DNA of 64,000 bases from Chrysomallon squamiferum (taxonomy: Eukaryota; Animalia; Mollusca): NCBI GenBank assembly GCA_012295275.1, contig CM022678.1, positions 1,488,001 to 1,552,000 of the forward strand. The letters are read 5' to 3'. Position numbers and translations under genes: made by a program. The number at the start of each line of letters is the position of its first letter. The stretch's first letter is position 1. The notes beneath the pieces were generated by a model, which had not been told where the DNA came from, did not search any database, and worked only from the letters and a program-made list of their open reading frames with translations. This document shows positions 40,701 through 52,958 of the stretch, piece by piece.

Positions 40701-41758
40701 ACAACAATCTCACCAAAGTCAGAATTGGTTACTCGACCAACTTAAATGCAATCCGATACAAATTTCACAACATCACATAACCCAACTGTAGATGTGGACT
40801 CTCCGAAACCATGAAACACTACTTTTTTTACTGTCAGAATTTCGCCAAGGAAAGAGAAGCACTAAGCAACACATTGGAGGAACTAAAAATCGAGTTCACG
40901 CTCCCAAACAATTTGGCACCAAACACTGAAGACAGAGAGTTAGTCCTGGCTGCAGTAACAAATTACATCCTGAAACAAAACATAAACTTTAGACTCTTGG
41001 AGTCGAAAGTTTGAATTTAAAAAAAAAAAAATAAAATAAAACTTTTGTGTTTGACACAAAAACAAACAACAATTGAATGAATTTATTGACTTACAGATTG
41101 ATTGGTTGAACAGCTGATTGATCCATGGATGGATCGGCTGATTGACGGATCAGTTTGAATAGCCAATTAAATTAATAATTAAAAACATGAAAAACAAAAA
41201 TATACGTAGCTACCTTTAGACCATACTAACCCGGTTATGGAATTTAAAAAATGTACATAATAAATCTAAATAAGTTAACTGTTCTTATTCTTTTTACTTG
41301 CAGGTGTTTACAGCGTCTTTTAAATCAACAAAAAGACCATTGGCAGTAAGCCAAGTAATCTATGAATAGACCTTCCTGCTTCTAGCCTGTGAACTTTACA
41401 CATTTCTTGTTTTTATTATTGTTACATATTATTATTATTACTGTTACTACTAATAGTACTACTGTTTTGTAAAGTATTTATAATTATGTATACAAACACA
41501 CATAGGTATCTATGTACAAAGTAGTGTTTCATAGGTTCTCAGTACAGCTATATCCCTTATTTCCGTTAAATGCAGGCTTCGAAAATATGTACAGATTGTT
41601 ACCTCTTTCTCTAGCGTTTTTGTGTATTACAGATATAAACGACTTCTCTAATCGAGCTCTCTGTATATCTGTTATTTAGACTACAGTCTGTGTAGGTTGT
41701 TTTCTGTTGTTTTTCATTACAAACTAATATATCAGGACTTACCTCGTCTGATCTCCAT
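34281..41758 (-). CDS. CD225/dispanin protein, copy 2 (divergent), up to 179 aa, with duplicated exon 3
   Basis: Exons 41758-41743, 38592-38561, 37577-37467, 36807-36694, 36033-35905 and 34418-34281: MEIRRDAGFEGCPPQY|PPPAYDQLEANYEPPPPRYGPSSRYEHEPETGNNPIV|PPPAYDQLEANNQPPPPQTYGPSPTRENESRTRNIPII|LKIIRRPVIVCPVARPSDYLILCLLTFVFNFPLGIIALFYSIQ|SRTASDVGNFDRAKFFGIKARNLSITGTVTNIIVAVILVIKFHVV*. All introns are GT-AG and there are no stops. Confidence 0.85.
34570..35583. repeat. G-rich ~50-60-bp minisatellite in the last intron of dispanin copy 2
   Basis: Unit gttagttggggtggatggctgagtgagggtgggtgagtgtggg(tg)n, roughly 17-20 units. Confidence 0.93.
38622..41040 (+). mobile_element. 5'-truncated, decayed non-LTR retrotransposon (I/Ingi/Nimb-type ORF2: RT + RNase H + C-terminal zinc knuckle), antisense within intron 1 of copy 2
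   Basis: RT motifs GPDKISY, PKPHKD..PNSYRPIT, FIDIEKAFD, GSVISPTLFNIYIND and FADD. RNase H motifs IYTD*SK, AELVAI, IFSDSLS and W.P.HVGI..NEFAD..AK. Zinc knuckle CRCG..ETMKHYFFYC, then an A-rich tail. Many stops and frameshifts. Confidence 0.92.
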
Positions 41759-42229
41759 TTTCTTATGTCTCGTTATTTCTGAACATTGAGCCAGGAAAAT
41801 AAACAGTATCAGTGGTTGCTTTCCAACGTTTATCGTCCTCTGTTTGACACAGCACGTCTGACGTAAACTTTTCAACAAGATCTGCCGCGTTTCACATCGC
41901 TGCTTCTCGACAAAAATACGTCAGGAGATTGCACAATAGCAAACAGTATCATGTTCTCAGTGACGAGTGAAAAAGTTTGAGTCACTGTGTCCCAGGAGGT
42001 CAAACCCCCACAACACAGCTCGGTCTTTACTTACATACTTCCCTGTACCGGGTAGAAAACTACCCGAGTTGGCTGGGATCTAACGAGATAATAATCTACA
42101 GTTTGATCTGTTTCTTTGTCTTTCTTGATCGATTCGGTCTCAGATTACCAACTATCCAACAATGGATATAGTACTTCAACACGCACACACACACACACAC
42201 AAACACAGTCACAGTCACAGCAGTCGCCT

Positions 42230-42700
42230 TGTCGATATTTTGCTTTGACTTACGAGCGAGCTTCAGATAATGCGCAGCTAGTTGGCGCAGTGAACAACAA
42301 AACATCCGTCCATAATCGTGCGTTACAGGATGAGGGTTTCTACATCTTGTCATGATCAGAGGTCTGAATCTTACAAATTATTTTAACGCCTCTGGCTGAA
42401 GTTAAGGCCTTTATCGACTTTTTAGGCTTCTGTAGACTACATATTGCGAAAGTACTACACCGGTCCTGCCTAGCCATGTTGACTACACGCACACCTCGCT
42501 CACGTTTTTCTATGATTTCATGTTTTAATTCAATGAACATCATCCGCTTCTTCTTCTCAGCACTGTCCTTTGCACTCACTTTCTTAGGTTTCATGGAATA
42601 TTTGCAAGATGCTGCACAAAAAGTGAGCACAACACAACAGAGATGCTTCTACGGCGAGGTAACTACGTGAAGCAAACGAGGAAGAGGTAAATGATATTAC
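42230..42700 (-). mobile_element. Tigger/pogo (TIGD1-like) transposase N-terminal fragment
   Basis: MKPKKVSAKDSAEKKKRMMFIELKHEIIEKRERGVRVVNMARQ... is a CENP-B/psq-type HTH of Tigger transposases; truncated and frameshifted. Confidence 0.8.
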
Positions 42701-44219
42701 GTTTTCTTTGCCTAATAATTATATAGTGTCATTTAATGATTTATCTTTTGTTAATTAATTTGTTTACTTATTTATTTATTAATTTGTTTGTTTTAGAGAA
42801 TGTGAAGCGAAGAAAGTGACAAGGTTATGTTTGGTACTAAACTGGATACAGAAGTTGACATCTTCAACAACATCAGAACAATGCAAACAAAACATGATGA
42901 CGTTACGCTGACTGGGGTAACAGTTCAGATTATGTAGTTTGTCAGTCCGTGTGAAGAAACCTAATCCTGTCCTCTTTTTACTAAATAATCTAAATAACCG
43001 CAAAATCTGAGGTTACTTTGTTCAGATAAAAGAGACCATAATTAGTATTATATTTATTTTGATTCACATAGGACGTATTAGCAATATTTTATTACATTGC
43101 GTTTTATACAGGACACGTAAGTGTTTCCATTAGCTAAGTAATTTACTGCTTTTACACATCCTACAAGTTAAACATTAGATGACAAATCTTAGTATTTAAT
43201 TTTACACCAGACCTAAAAGGTAACAAATATTACAAAGGTTTATTTTCGGGATAACACTTTTAACTATTTTGTTTTATATAAAGGTGTGACATTCTTTGTG
43301 CGTTCACCGGTGTATGCCAACGGTCCTACATCTCAGAAGTGAAGTTTGTCTGTGTGTACATATTTACACGTGTACGTAATTAAAATAAAGACATGCAAAA
43401 TCTCATATTTTCTCCTCTTTGTCAGAAAAAATTAAGTGTATTATTCTAGTTGTAAAGGGATAAAATGTTGATGATAAAAATCATCAAAGACTTAATCATA
43501 TTCTTTTTCATTTGAAAATCTTATGTCAGATTTCAATTTTTTTTTTTTATTTCTTTATTTCTTATTATTAATATATATTTTTTATTTGAACATTTTAGTT
43601 CGTTATTATTCTGTTAATTTTAGCTTTAATTGTTACTTTAATCTCTTCAACAGATCAAAGTATTTCGGAGTTGTTATTTTGTATCATAGTACAGCCTTTC
43701 CTTTTCAGTTATACGTACATGTATCTTTCCTTTTCAGTTATATGTACATGTACATGTATCTTTCCTTATATGTATAAGTCAGTTATAATTGTATCTTTCC
43801 TTTTCAGTTATGTTTGTACTTTTTATTAATTTTTTTTTTTATTAATTTTTCCAAGCTGTTCTAATTCAACAAAACAGATAGATTTCAGAGATCGTCAGCT
43901 GCCTACTGATCATACTTAATGTAAAGTAAAAGACAACAAAACGAAAAATGAAAATTTAATTTTTCTCGAACTGCAAGCAGAAATGCAGCTAATTAAACAT
44001 CTGTCTAATGGATTCTTCTTCATTTCGTTATCTTCTTATCTTTGGGTTTGATTTTTTCTTGATGCTGGTTCGATGACTGGTCGATTGGTTTCCGTTAGAG
44101 GTAACTGACTGGTTAGTTGGTTAGTTCGTTGTTTAATTGATTATTCACTCGTCACGAATACTGAAAACATTAATACTAGTGTCGAGCCTTTAGCTCTATT
44201 ATCCCTAATATGTCGTCTA

Positions 44220-46153
44220 CTAAGTGTTGGACGTTTTTAAAAGGGTAAACATAACTGTAACGACAATAACGATGGCAATCACAATGCCGGTAATTGCTGT
44301 AACCTTAGCCATTTTCCCCAAGTTTCTCGCCTCCTCATAATCGCCAATGTCTGACGCAGTTCGGGACTGGAAAATAAACAGAAAACAGATTTATGAAATC
44401 CTGCGGCCATTTCGGGCGATATAATTATGTCTGTGTCTGGTATATAGATGATTTTTCGTATAAATATGTTTAGATGCCATGTTGTATATGTTTCTACTAC
44501 AGCACGCACGTCTTCGTGTAAAACTACTAATTCAGTGAAGAAAGACACAGATTGTAATTTTCTGATAACTTAATATCTGTGAGACCAGAGTAAAACATCT
44601 AATACAATTAAACAAATTAAAATATTTAGTTTTATTTTTAGAATCTTGATAAATGATATGAATAAATTAGTCATAAATTGGAAATTAAAAAGATGTAGAA
44701 ATGTCATCCACCAGAGTAACCTCCCTCCAGTTATATCGCTGTTTATGTTGTCATTAAGCCTAACGACAAATGAGCAAATAGTGCTAAGTTCTAAATATTA
44801 ACAGTCTTTGATCATTAAAATCATCTTAATTAGACACCTAATAGCCCTGCTCTTCCTGTGAAATACGCCAGAATCATTAGAAATCATTTTTAACAGTATG
44901 AGATAAACAACTTATAAAATACAACAGCATATTACACAAATTGCCTAATCCTACTCATTTCTTGAAATGTCTGATCATTTTAGACATTACTCGAATAGAG
45001 CGGTTGTCTTAGACATTAGTGAAGTGATTGATTATTACAGCCATTTCACGTCCTGACAGGTCTTACAGAGTAACTGTGACACACTCACATATTCACACGA
45101 AAATATTTAGTTCTCCAGATTACTTACCTGAACTGAACAGAAGATAGCGATTATTGCCATGGGGAAGTTGAAACAAAAAGATATGAGAGACAGGATCATG
45201 TAATCAGGGGGGCGACCTGGAGGACGAACATTCAAAGTGATTCTTGGTTGTCGAATAATCTTTACATGTAAAAAATAGAATATATTATACACACATAGAA
45301 AATATATATTTACATACACAGACACTCATACACTTGCACACGGTTTAATATTCATAATTCGTATAGCAATAATGCAGAAGTTGTTGCTGTTTGGAATGAT
45401 GATGTGGTACTGCAACCATAGAAACGGATGCCGTCTTATTGTGTGCTCTTCAGCAGCAGGCACATTATCCCTAGCAAGCAGCTTAGTTTTCTAGTCCATT
45501 TCGCTGCCTGTACATTAGGATAAGGAAAGGAAATGGAAGCATCAGTCCCATGAAGTACATGTTTTGTAAGTGTTGTGCTGTTTGCCTGGTGAACATTGTT
45601 AATTTCATCAAGTGTGTTCACTTCGCGGTCCGCGCCGCTTCCTTTAATAACACTAACAGCTACTTAAACATTTATTGTTGTAAGGTTTTACTGAAGCTCA
45701 CATCAGAGCTTAAAGTTAATAACTGCAGGAACCAGTGCAAGAAATACGTCAATATTCATATGTTCGACGATCTTTCCTTCTTGCAAGTGCAATAACAATA
45801 GTAGGTGTGTATCAGTTTTAAAACTATGTTGTTGTTTTTTTATTATTTCCAGAATAACTAAAAATATAAAACAAATGCTTGATGTGTATTGTCTTGGGAC
45901 AGAGTCACTAATTTTGCAGAGAATCTACTTACGACTATTGGAATGTTTCTTGTTTCTCGTTCGTGTCCATATCGCGGTGATGGAAGTTCATAGTTCGCTT
46001 CCAGCTGATCGTATGCTGGTGGAGGTCCATAATTTGCTTCTAGTTGATCGTATGCTGGTGGTGGCTAAAATAAATCATCATCGTCATCTTGGTCATTATT
46101 ATTATTATTACTGGTGTTGTTGTTTTCGTAGTTATCCATATTATTATTATTAC

Positions 46154-46226
<73 letters not shown>

Positions 46227-49200
46227 TGTTTATTTAGTTATAACAGCTGTTGTTGTTATTACATAGGTAAGTTCACAAAGATATTCGGAGGCATACAAAA
46301 GGAAGATCGATTCCCATAGAAAAAAATCAATTACGTGTCGTAAATATCAAATTAATGAAATTAACAACCAGCGAAAGAAAAAATAATTAAAGTAATATAA
46401 AGAATAAATGAATCAAATGATATACTGTATAGTAATACTAATAATACTACTACTGATAATAATAATAGTAATTATAATAATAACAATAATAATAGTAATA
46501 ATAATAATATTATTATTAACATCATCATCTTCATCGTCATTATCGCTATCATTATTATTTGTGTTTGAGCAGAACGTGAAGCAAGGTGCTAACTGTGATA
46601 AGTTGTGTGAAAAACGTCACTGTGTTAACACAAACTCATCTTGTGACGTAGACAGAAAAATGTGACGTTGCAGTTTCGAATGGTGCAGACTGTACAGAAC
46701 GTAATGACTGCGTGTTTTATCAAATAAAACAAAAATAATGATCAAAAATGTTTCATTTCATTGAAATTTAACTCGTTCAGTTGTAGTTTTAATTTTTTGA
46801 ATGAAATAAGAATACAATATAATAAATAAAATAATATAAGAATAATAATAATAGAAACGGAACTTTATGTGTGGAGAAACAAATTTATATTTTTATATTT
46901 TGAAACAACTTACATATTGTGGTGGATCTTCGTAACCAGTTTCTGAAATAAATTTTAAATATAGATATGAAACATACGTATTTTTGATTGAAGATGAAAT
47001 ACAGAAACCTCGATTACATTTGCTTTTCATTGTTCTGTTACACAGCATATAAAGTGACAAGAAAGAAAAACAGGAAGAAAAAAAGAAAATAATTCCAAAT
47101 GTCCATGTGACGGAACCTCATCAGTGACTTTGCCACACTTGTTTTTAATCAGAATTTTGTGTAGTAAATTACATGATATTCGTATATTTGTACATACCCA
47201 TCGAACGCAGAATGTCTGCTACATTTTATATTCATATCATATTACGGTAATATTTATTTAGCTATCGTGTATAATCATGTTCATAAATTTATATTTTTAT
47301 AGTTCTTCAATGTTTAGCTAATTAATGTGGGAAAATGGGGTAACTACACGAGAACTAAATAGCAGAGAGTATGCAGACATTCATAGGCTGTTTAGAAGCT
47401 GTATTATATAATCAGGGGAAGTTCTGTTATTTTGTAAACTGAGAAACACTGGGATTATAAACTCAAAATTGGCGTTAAAGTTGCAAAGTAAATTCAGAAG
47501 AGCTGTCTGGAGAGGAGAATACTGAACGCTTGCGCGCTGACTTTAAACATTGTAAATGCGTTTTAAACGAGATCTTTTGACACGTTGTTAGATTAGTTAG
47601 AACATTAAAGTAACCAACTGGGCTATTTGCTTTTACATTATGTCGTTGAGTAAATTATATATGTTACCACTGGAGTTGACGCTCCAAAACATCTTGTCAT
47701 CAAACACGAAAGACAGAGAGTTAGTCCTAGCTGCAGTAACAACAGACATTCTGAACACAATACATAAACTTTAGATTCTTGGAGTTAAAAGTTTTAATTT
47801 TTTTTTTTACATTTTGGTGTGTGGTTTGACAAAAAAAACAACAACAACAATTGAATGAATTTATTGACTTACAGATTGATTGGTTGAACAGCTGATTGAT
47901 CCATGGATGGATCGGCTGATTGCCGGATCAATTTGAATAGCCAATTAAATTAACAATTACAAAAATAAGACTCAGAAATATACTTACCTACTTTCTGACC
48001 ACACTAACCCGGTTATGCCATTTTAAAAATGTACATAATAAATCTAAATAAGTTAACTACGTTCATGCTTTATTTTTTTTTTACATGTGTTTATAGCATC
48101 TTTTAAATCAATAAAAAGACCATTGACAAAGAGAAGAAGAAGAAAAAAAAACAGATTGTAATTGTTGGACCAGAGGGAAGCAGCCAAAAAGATCAAGGAA
48201 ACAAAAACAGCAGCCGAGAAGAGAACAAACAAACAGGACGCAACCAACACTGACCAAGTGACGAATACGAGACATTCAACGAGTTAGAGTTAGAGTTAGA
48301 GTTAGAGTTAGAGTTAGAGTTAGAGTTAGAGTTAGAGTTAGAGTTAGAGTTAGAGTTAGAGTGCCGGAAACAACAACGAGCGGAAAACATCAACGAAACA
48401 TCGCAACCAGTTCGTTACGATCCGATATGCTGGACACTCCCTTGTGTTCTGTAATCCTAACGAGAACCCACTTTCTGCGACAGACACGCCCGCTGACTTG
48501 TCAGAAAGCGAGCCAGTCGTAGAGCTTGCTCTGATTAGCACGTTATATCTTTTCAAGGTTCAAGGTTCAAGGCCACCGTGACGGTCCACAGATTAACTTT
48601 TGTTTGTTTTCAGCTTGTATTAATAATATTAACAGGTCCAGCAATACAACTTCTGTGTCTAGGCTTTTATTTATCTGTTTTAAGGAATAGGTACTGTTGG
48701 GGGTTTATTCATTCTTTCTTTTCTTATTTATTTATCTTTTTAATTTATTTTTATATCGTTTGTTTGGTTTTCATTTAATGCTGTGTTATTACGGTATCGA
48801 CTAAATGGCAGTAAGCCAAGTAAGCTATGAACAGATCTTCCTCCTTCTAGCGTGTGAACTTTACACATTTCTTGTTTTTATTATTGTCACATAGTATTAT
48901 TATTATTGTTACTACTATTGCTACTACTATTTTGTAAAGTATTTATTATTATGTATACAAACACACATAGGTGTCTATATATTAGCCGTTCTGTAAACAA
49001 ACATCGCAAATAACACTTGATTCGCCTGCTAAATGTCGAACAATACAACAAGCTCACACACACTAAGCCACAGGTTTTCAACCTGGGGTCTCCAGCCTTT
49101 TTTCTGGGGGTCGAGAGATCGTTCTTGAGCGAGGATATGATTTAGCTTTTTTCAACGTGACTTGGAAGGAGGAATAAGTAAAAGCTGTTTGGGACCCGTA

Positions 49201-49671
49201 ATACTGAATTCCTCTTGTAGTGTCCTTGGTTGATGAAAATATGGTAAGCATAGATATTAATGAATCAGAAATTTTATCGATCATATTGAGTTGCTTATAA
49301 AGGGTAACGGTATGAAAAAGGTTGAAAACCAGTACCATAAGCAAAACGATTGTCAATTTTACGTCAGTGAACAACTGTCTGGGTATATTGCTAGAGTAAC
49401 TCTTCTGCTCATTTGTTTTGCTGGGAACAGTTCTCAGTACAGCTGTATCGTTTACTTGTATTGGTATCCCTTATTTCCGTTAAATGCAGGCTTCGAAAAT
49501 ATGTACAGATTGTTGCATCTTTCTCTAGTGTTTTTCTGTATTACGGTTATAAACGATAGTAATCGATCTCTCTCTATATATGTGTTATTTAGACTACAGT
49601 CTGTGTAGGTTGTTTTATGTTGTTTTTCATAACATACTAATGTATCAGGACTTACCTCCTTTGGTCTCCAT
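44220..49671 (-). CDS. CD225/dispanin protein, copy 3, 151 aa
   Basis: Exons 49671-49656, 46942-46914, 46064-45933, 45259-45128 and 44366-44220. Near-identical to copy 1, but PPQY replaces PPKY and the 27-nt ADTLNVRPP duplication is absent. Confidence 0.85.
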
Positions 49672-49925
49672 TTTCTTATGTGTCGTTATTTTTGAACATT
49701 GAGTCAGGAGAATATACAGTGTCACTGGCTCCTTTCAAACGTTTATCGTCCTCTGTTTGACACAAAACGTCTGACGTAAACTTTTCAACAACAACTACCT
49801 TGTGTTAGAGCTCTGGCTGGGCCCTAACGAGATAATAATCTACAGTTTTTTGTGGGTTTTTCTTTGTCTTTCTTGATCGATTTGGTCTCAGATTACCAGC
49901 TGTGCACCACTGGTTATAATACTTC

Positions 49926-50001
<76 letters not shown>

Positions 50002-50822
50002 GACACTGCATATAGATACATAGATACTTGAAACAAAGCCAAGGAAATAATGTTAACCTAAACAACAGCAACAACAACTGTACAGTTAAAATCACTTATC
50101 ACATGTTGTGAAATATCTATGGTTTTAAACGTGGTTAATTAGTAAGAGGTCACGAACGTTTGATTACACCTCGGCAATATTCAAAATTGATAGTTATTAC
50201 GTGACAGAGAAAATGTTTTAGCGCAATTAAATATTGATAAACTATCTGTTCATTAGAGTTTGTGTTTGAAATATGCCACAGTCAGGCCGTGAAAACAGTT
50301 AATACCAAATTGATAAGACTCAAGAAATAAATGACTGATAAAGTAGATACTGATATTGCAGGATAGGGGTCTTCTTGTAACAAAATTAAAACGTAATAAA
50401 AGAAATCTGAATATCAGATATTTACAAATGGACAAACAATTAAATTATATATACATGCCTATACAGGCATACATACACACGTGCATAACGTATTTTAATA
50501 ACTAAACGTACACACACACACGCACACGCACACACACAAATATGCGTACATGCAGAAATGCATGCATACATAACATAGATAGTTATGCATTACATTACTG
50601 TAATTTACAAATGCACAATATAGTAAGTAAGGTTCTGGTGATGGGTTTCCAGTGGTACAAAACTGTGGTATGTATTTTCCCATTCATTTATCATATTAAA
50701 TGTATTTAAAATGTGTCCTGCTGATAAGTGAAGAGATATAGCTTGTGAATGATAAACCTGATAAATATATCAACTAAACTGTATGATATCATATAGCCGA
50801 TGAGAATTATTCTGGTTTAGCT

Positions 50823-50857
<35 letters not shown>

Positions 50858-51193
50858 CTGTATTTGTTAGTATATATTTACTGCAAAATTCTGTATATGT
50901 GTGTATATATATACTTTAATTATTTTTATTATTTTTATTATTATTATTATTATTATTAGTAGTAGTAGTAGTAGTAGTATTTTAAAATTAATTGCACGAA
51001 GAGTAAACTATTTTCTGTTTAAATATCTAAAATTATTAGTTTTCAACACTCTTAGTCTTACAACTGAAATTATATCAATTTTATAAAATTAATTAATCAT
51101 TTACTGTTCTTATTAAGCATCTTATATAGAAATGAAATAAAATATCAAATCAAAATAAATATTCTTTTACACTTATTTTTCTTTAAATGTGTA

Positions 51194-51258
<65 letters not shown>

Positions 51259-51964
51259 CCTTTCCTCCATATGGAATCTTCCTCAGTGTATGTCAACTGT
51301 CCTACATCTCAAAAGTGAAGTTTGTCTGTGTGTACATATTTAAATGCGTACGTAATTAAAATAAAAACATATGAAATAATTAAATCACTATAATGACTTC
51401 TTGATTGTGAACTAATTAATTTTCTTCTTTTTCTTTTGCTTCTGTAATCTGCGATGGTACTGGTTGTATAGAAGTAATACTTGCTGATAGCGGTTATGTA
51501 AGGCAATTTTCAACCAATATTTCTATAATGGTTCTAACCATATCATTTAATAAACTCTTTTATGTAATGTTACTAATATGATTTTTACATATGACGATAC
51601 ACTATCTAAGAATGAACAGTCAACAGATACTTCTAAGCCTGTATTCTGAATTATGAATAGACACAGCCTTCTGTTAAATATTTTATTTCTGTCTTCTTTC
51701 TTATTTCATCAGTTATAATGTATGCATGAAACAGCTGATTTTTGGACCTCGACAAATACTTCTTACAAAACAAAGTTTAATTCATATGTATCGAGAAAGA
51801 TGTAAACATTTGCCAATAATTGTGTTTGTAATTGGATTTGTGTGTGCCTTTCACCTGTCTAGTTGTATACTAGTGTTTGTTTTTACTACGTATCTTTAAT
51901 TGTTACTTGGATCTCTTCAACAGATCAACGTATGTCGATGTTGTCATTTTGTATCATAACACAA

Positions 51965-52540
51965 TCTTTCCTTTTCAGTTATATGTACATGTACTTGTAT
52001 CTTTCCTTTTCAGTTATATGTACATGTACTTGTATCTTTCCTTTTCAGTTATATGTACATGTACTTGTATCTTTCCTTTTCAGTTATATGTACATGTACT
52101 TGTATCTTTCCTTTTCAGTTATATGTACATGTACTTGTATCTTTCCTTTTCAGTTATATGTACATGTATCTTTACTTTTCAGTTATATGTACTTGTATCT
52201 TTCCTTTTCAGTTATATGTACATGTATCTTTCCTTTTCAGTTATACGTATATGTACATGTATCTTTCCTTTTCATTTATACGTACATGTACATGTATCTT
52301 TCCTTTTCAGTTATACGTACTTGTATCTTTCCTTTTCAGTTATATGTACATGTATCTTTCCTTTTCATTTATATGTACATGTATCTTTCCTTTTCAGTTA
52401 TATGTACATGTATCTTTCCTTTTCATTTATATGTACATGTATCTTTCCTTTTCAGTTATATGTACATGTATGTTTTCAGTTATATGTACATGTATCTTTC
52501 CTTTTCAGTTATACGTACATGTATATATATCTTTCCTTGT
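51965..52540. repeat. 29-35-bp minisatellite downstream of copy 4
   Basis: Unit tatctttccttttcagttatatgtacatg(tacttg), about 18 units. Only 2-3 units at the homologous sites 24555-24630 and 43695-43810. Confidence 0.92.
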
Positions 52541-52958
52541 CATAAGTCAGAATTGCTTGTGCGTTTGCTTTTTTTATTAATTTTTCCAAGCTGTTCTAAT
52601 TCAACAAAACAGATAGATTTCAGAGATCGTCAGCTGCCTACTGATCATACTTAATGTAAAGTTTAATTTTTCTCAAATGCAACGAAATGCAGCTAATTAA
52701 ACACAGCAAAAATTAAGAGAACTGCAAGCAGAGTTAATTATGCATCTGTCTAATGGATTCTTCTTCATTTCGTTATCTTCTGGGTTTGCTGATTTTCTTG
52801 ATGTTGGTTCGATGACTGGTCGATTGGTTTCCGTTAGAGGTAACTGACTGGTTAGTTGGTTAGTTCGTTGTTTAATTGATTATTCACTCGTCACGAATAC
52901 TGAAAACATTAATACTAATGTCGAGCCTTTAGTTCTATTATCCCTAATATGTCGTCTA

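Noticed and set aside
48281-48362. Interstitial telomere
   Set aside because: The unit is TTAGAG, not TTAGGG, and the tract is short; treated as a microsatellite.
51863-52654. 263-aa Cys/Tyr-rich ORF
   Set aside because: Translation of a 29-35-bp minisatellite.
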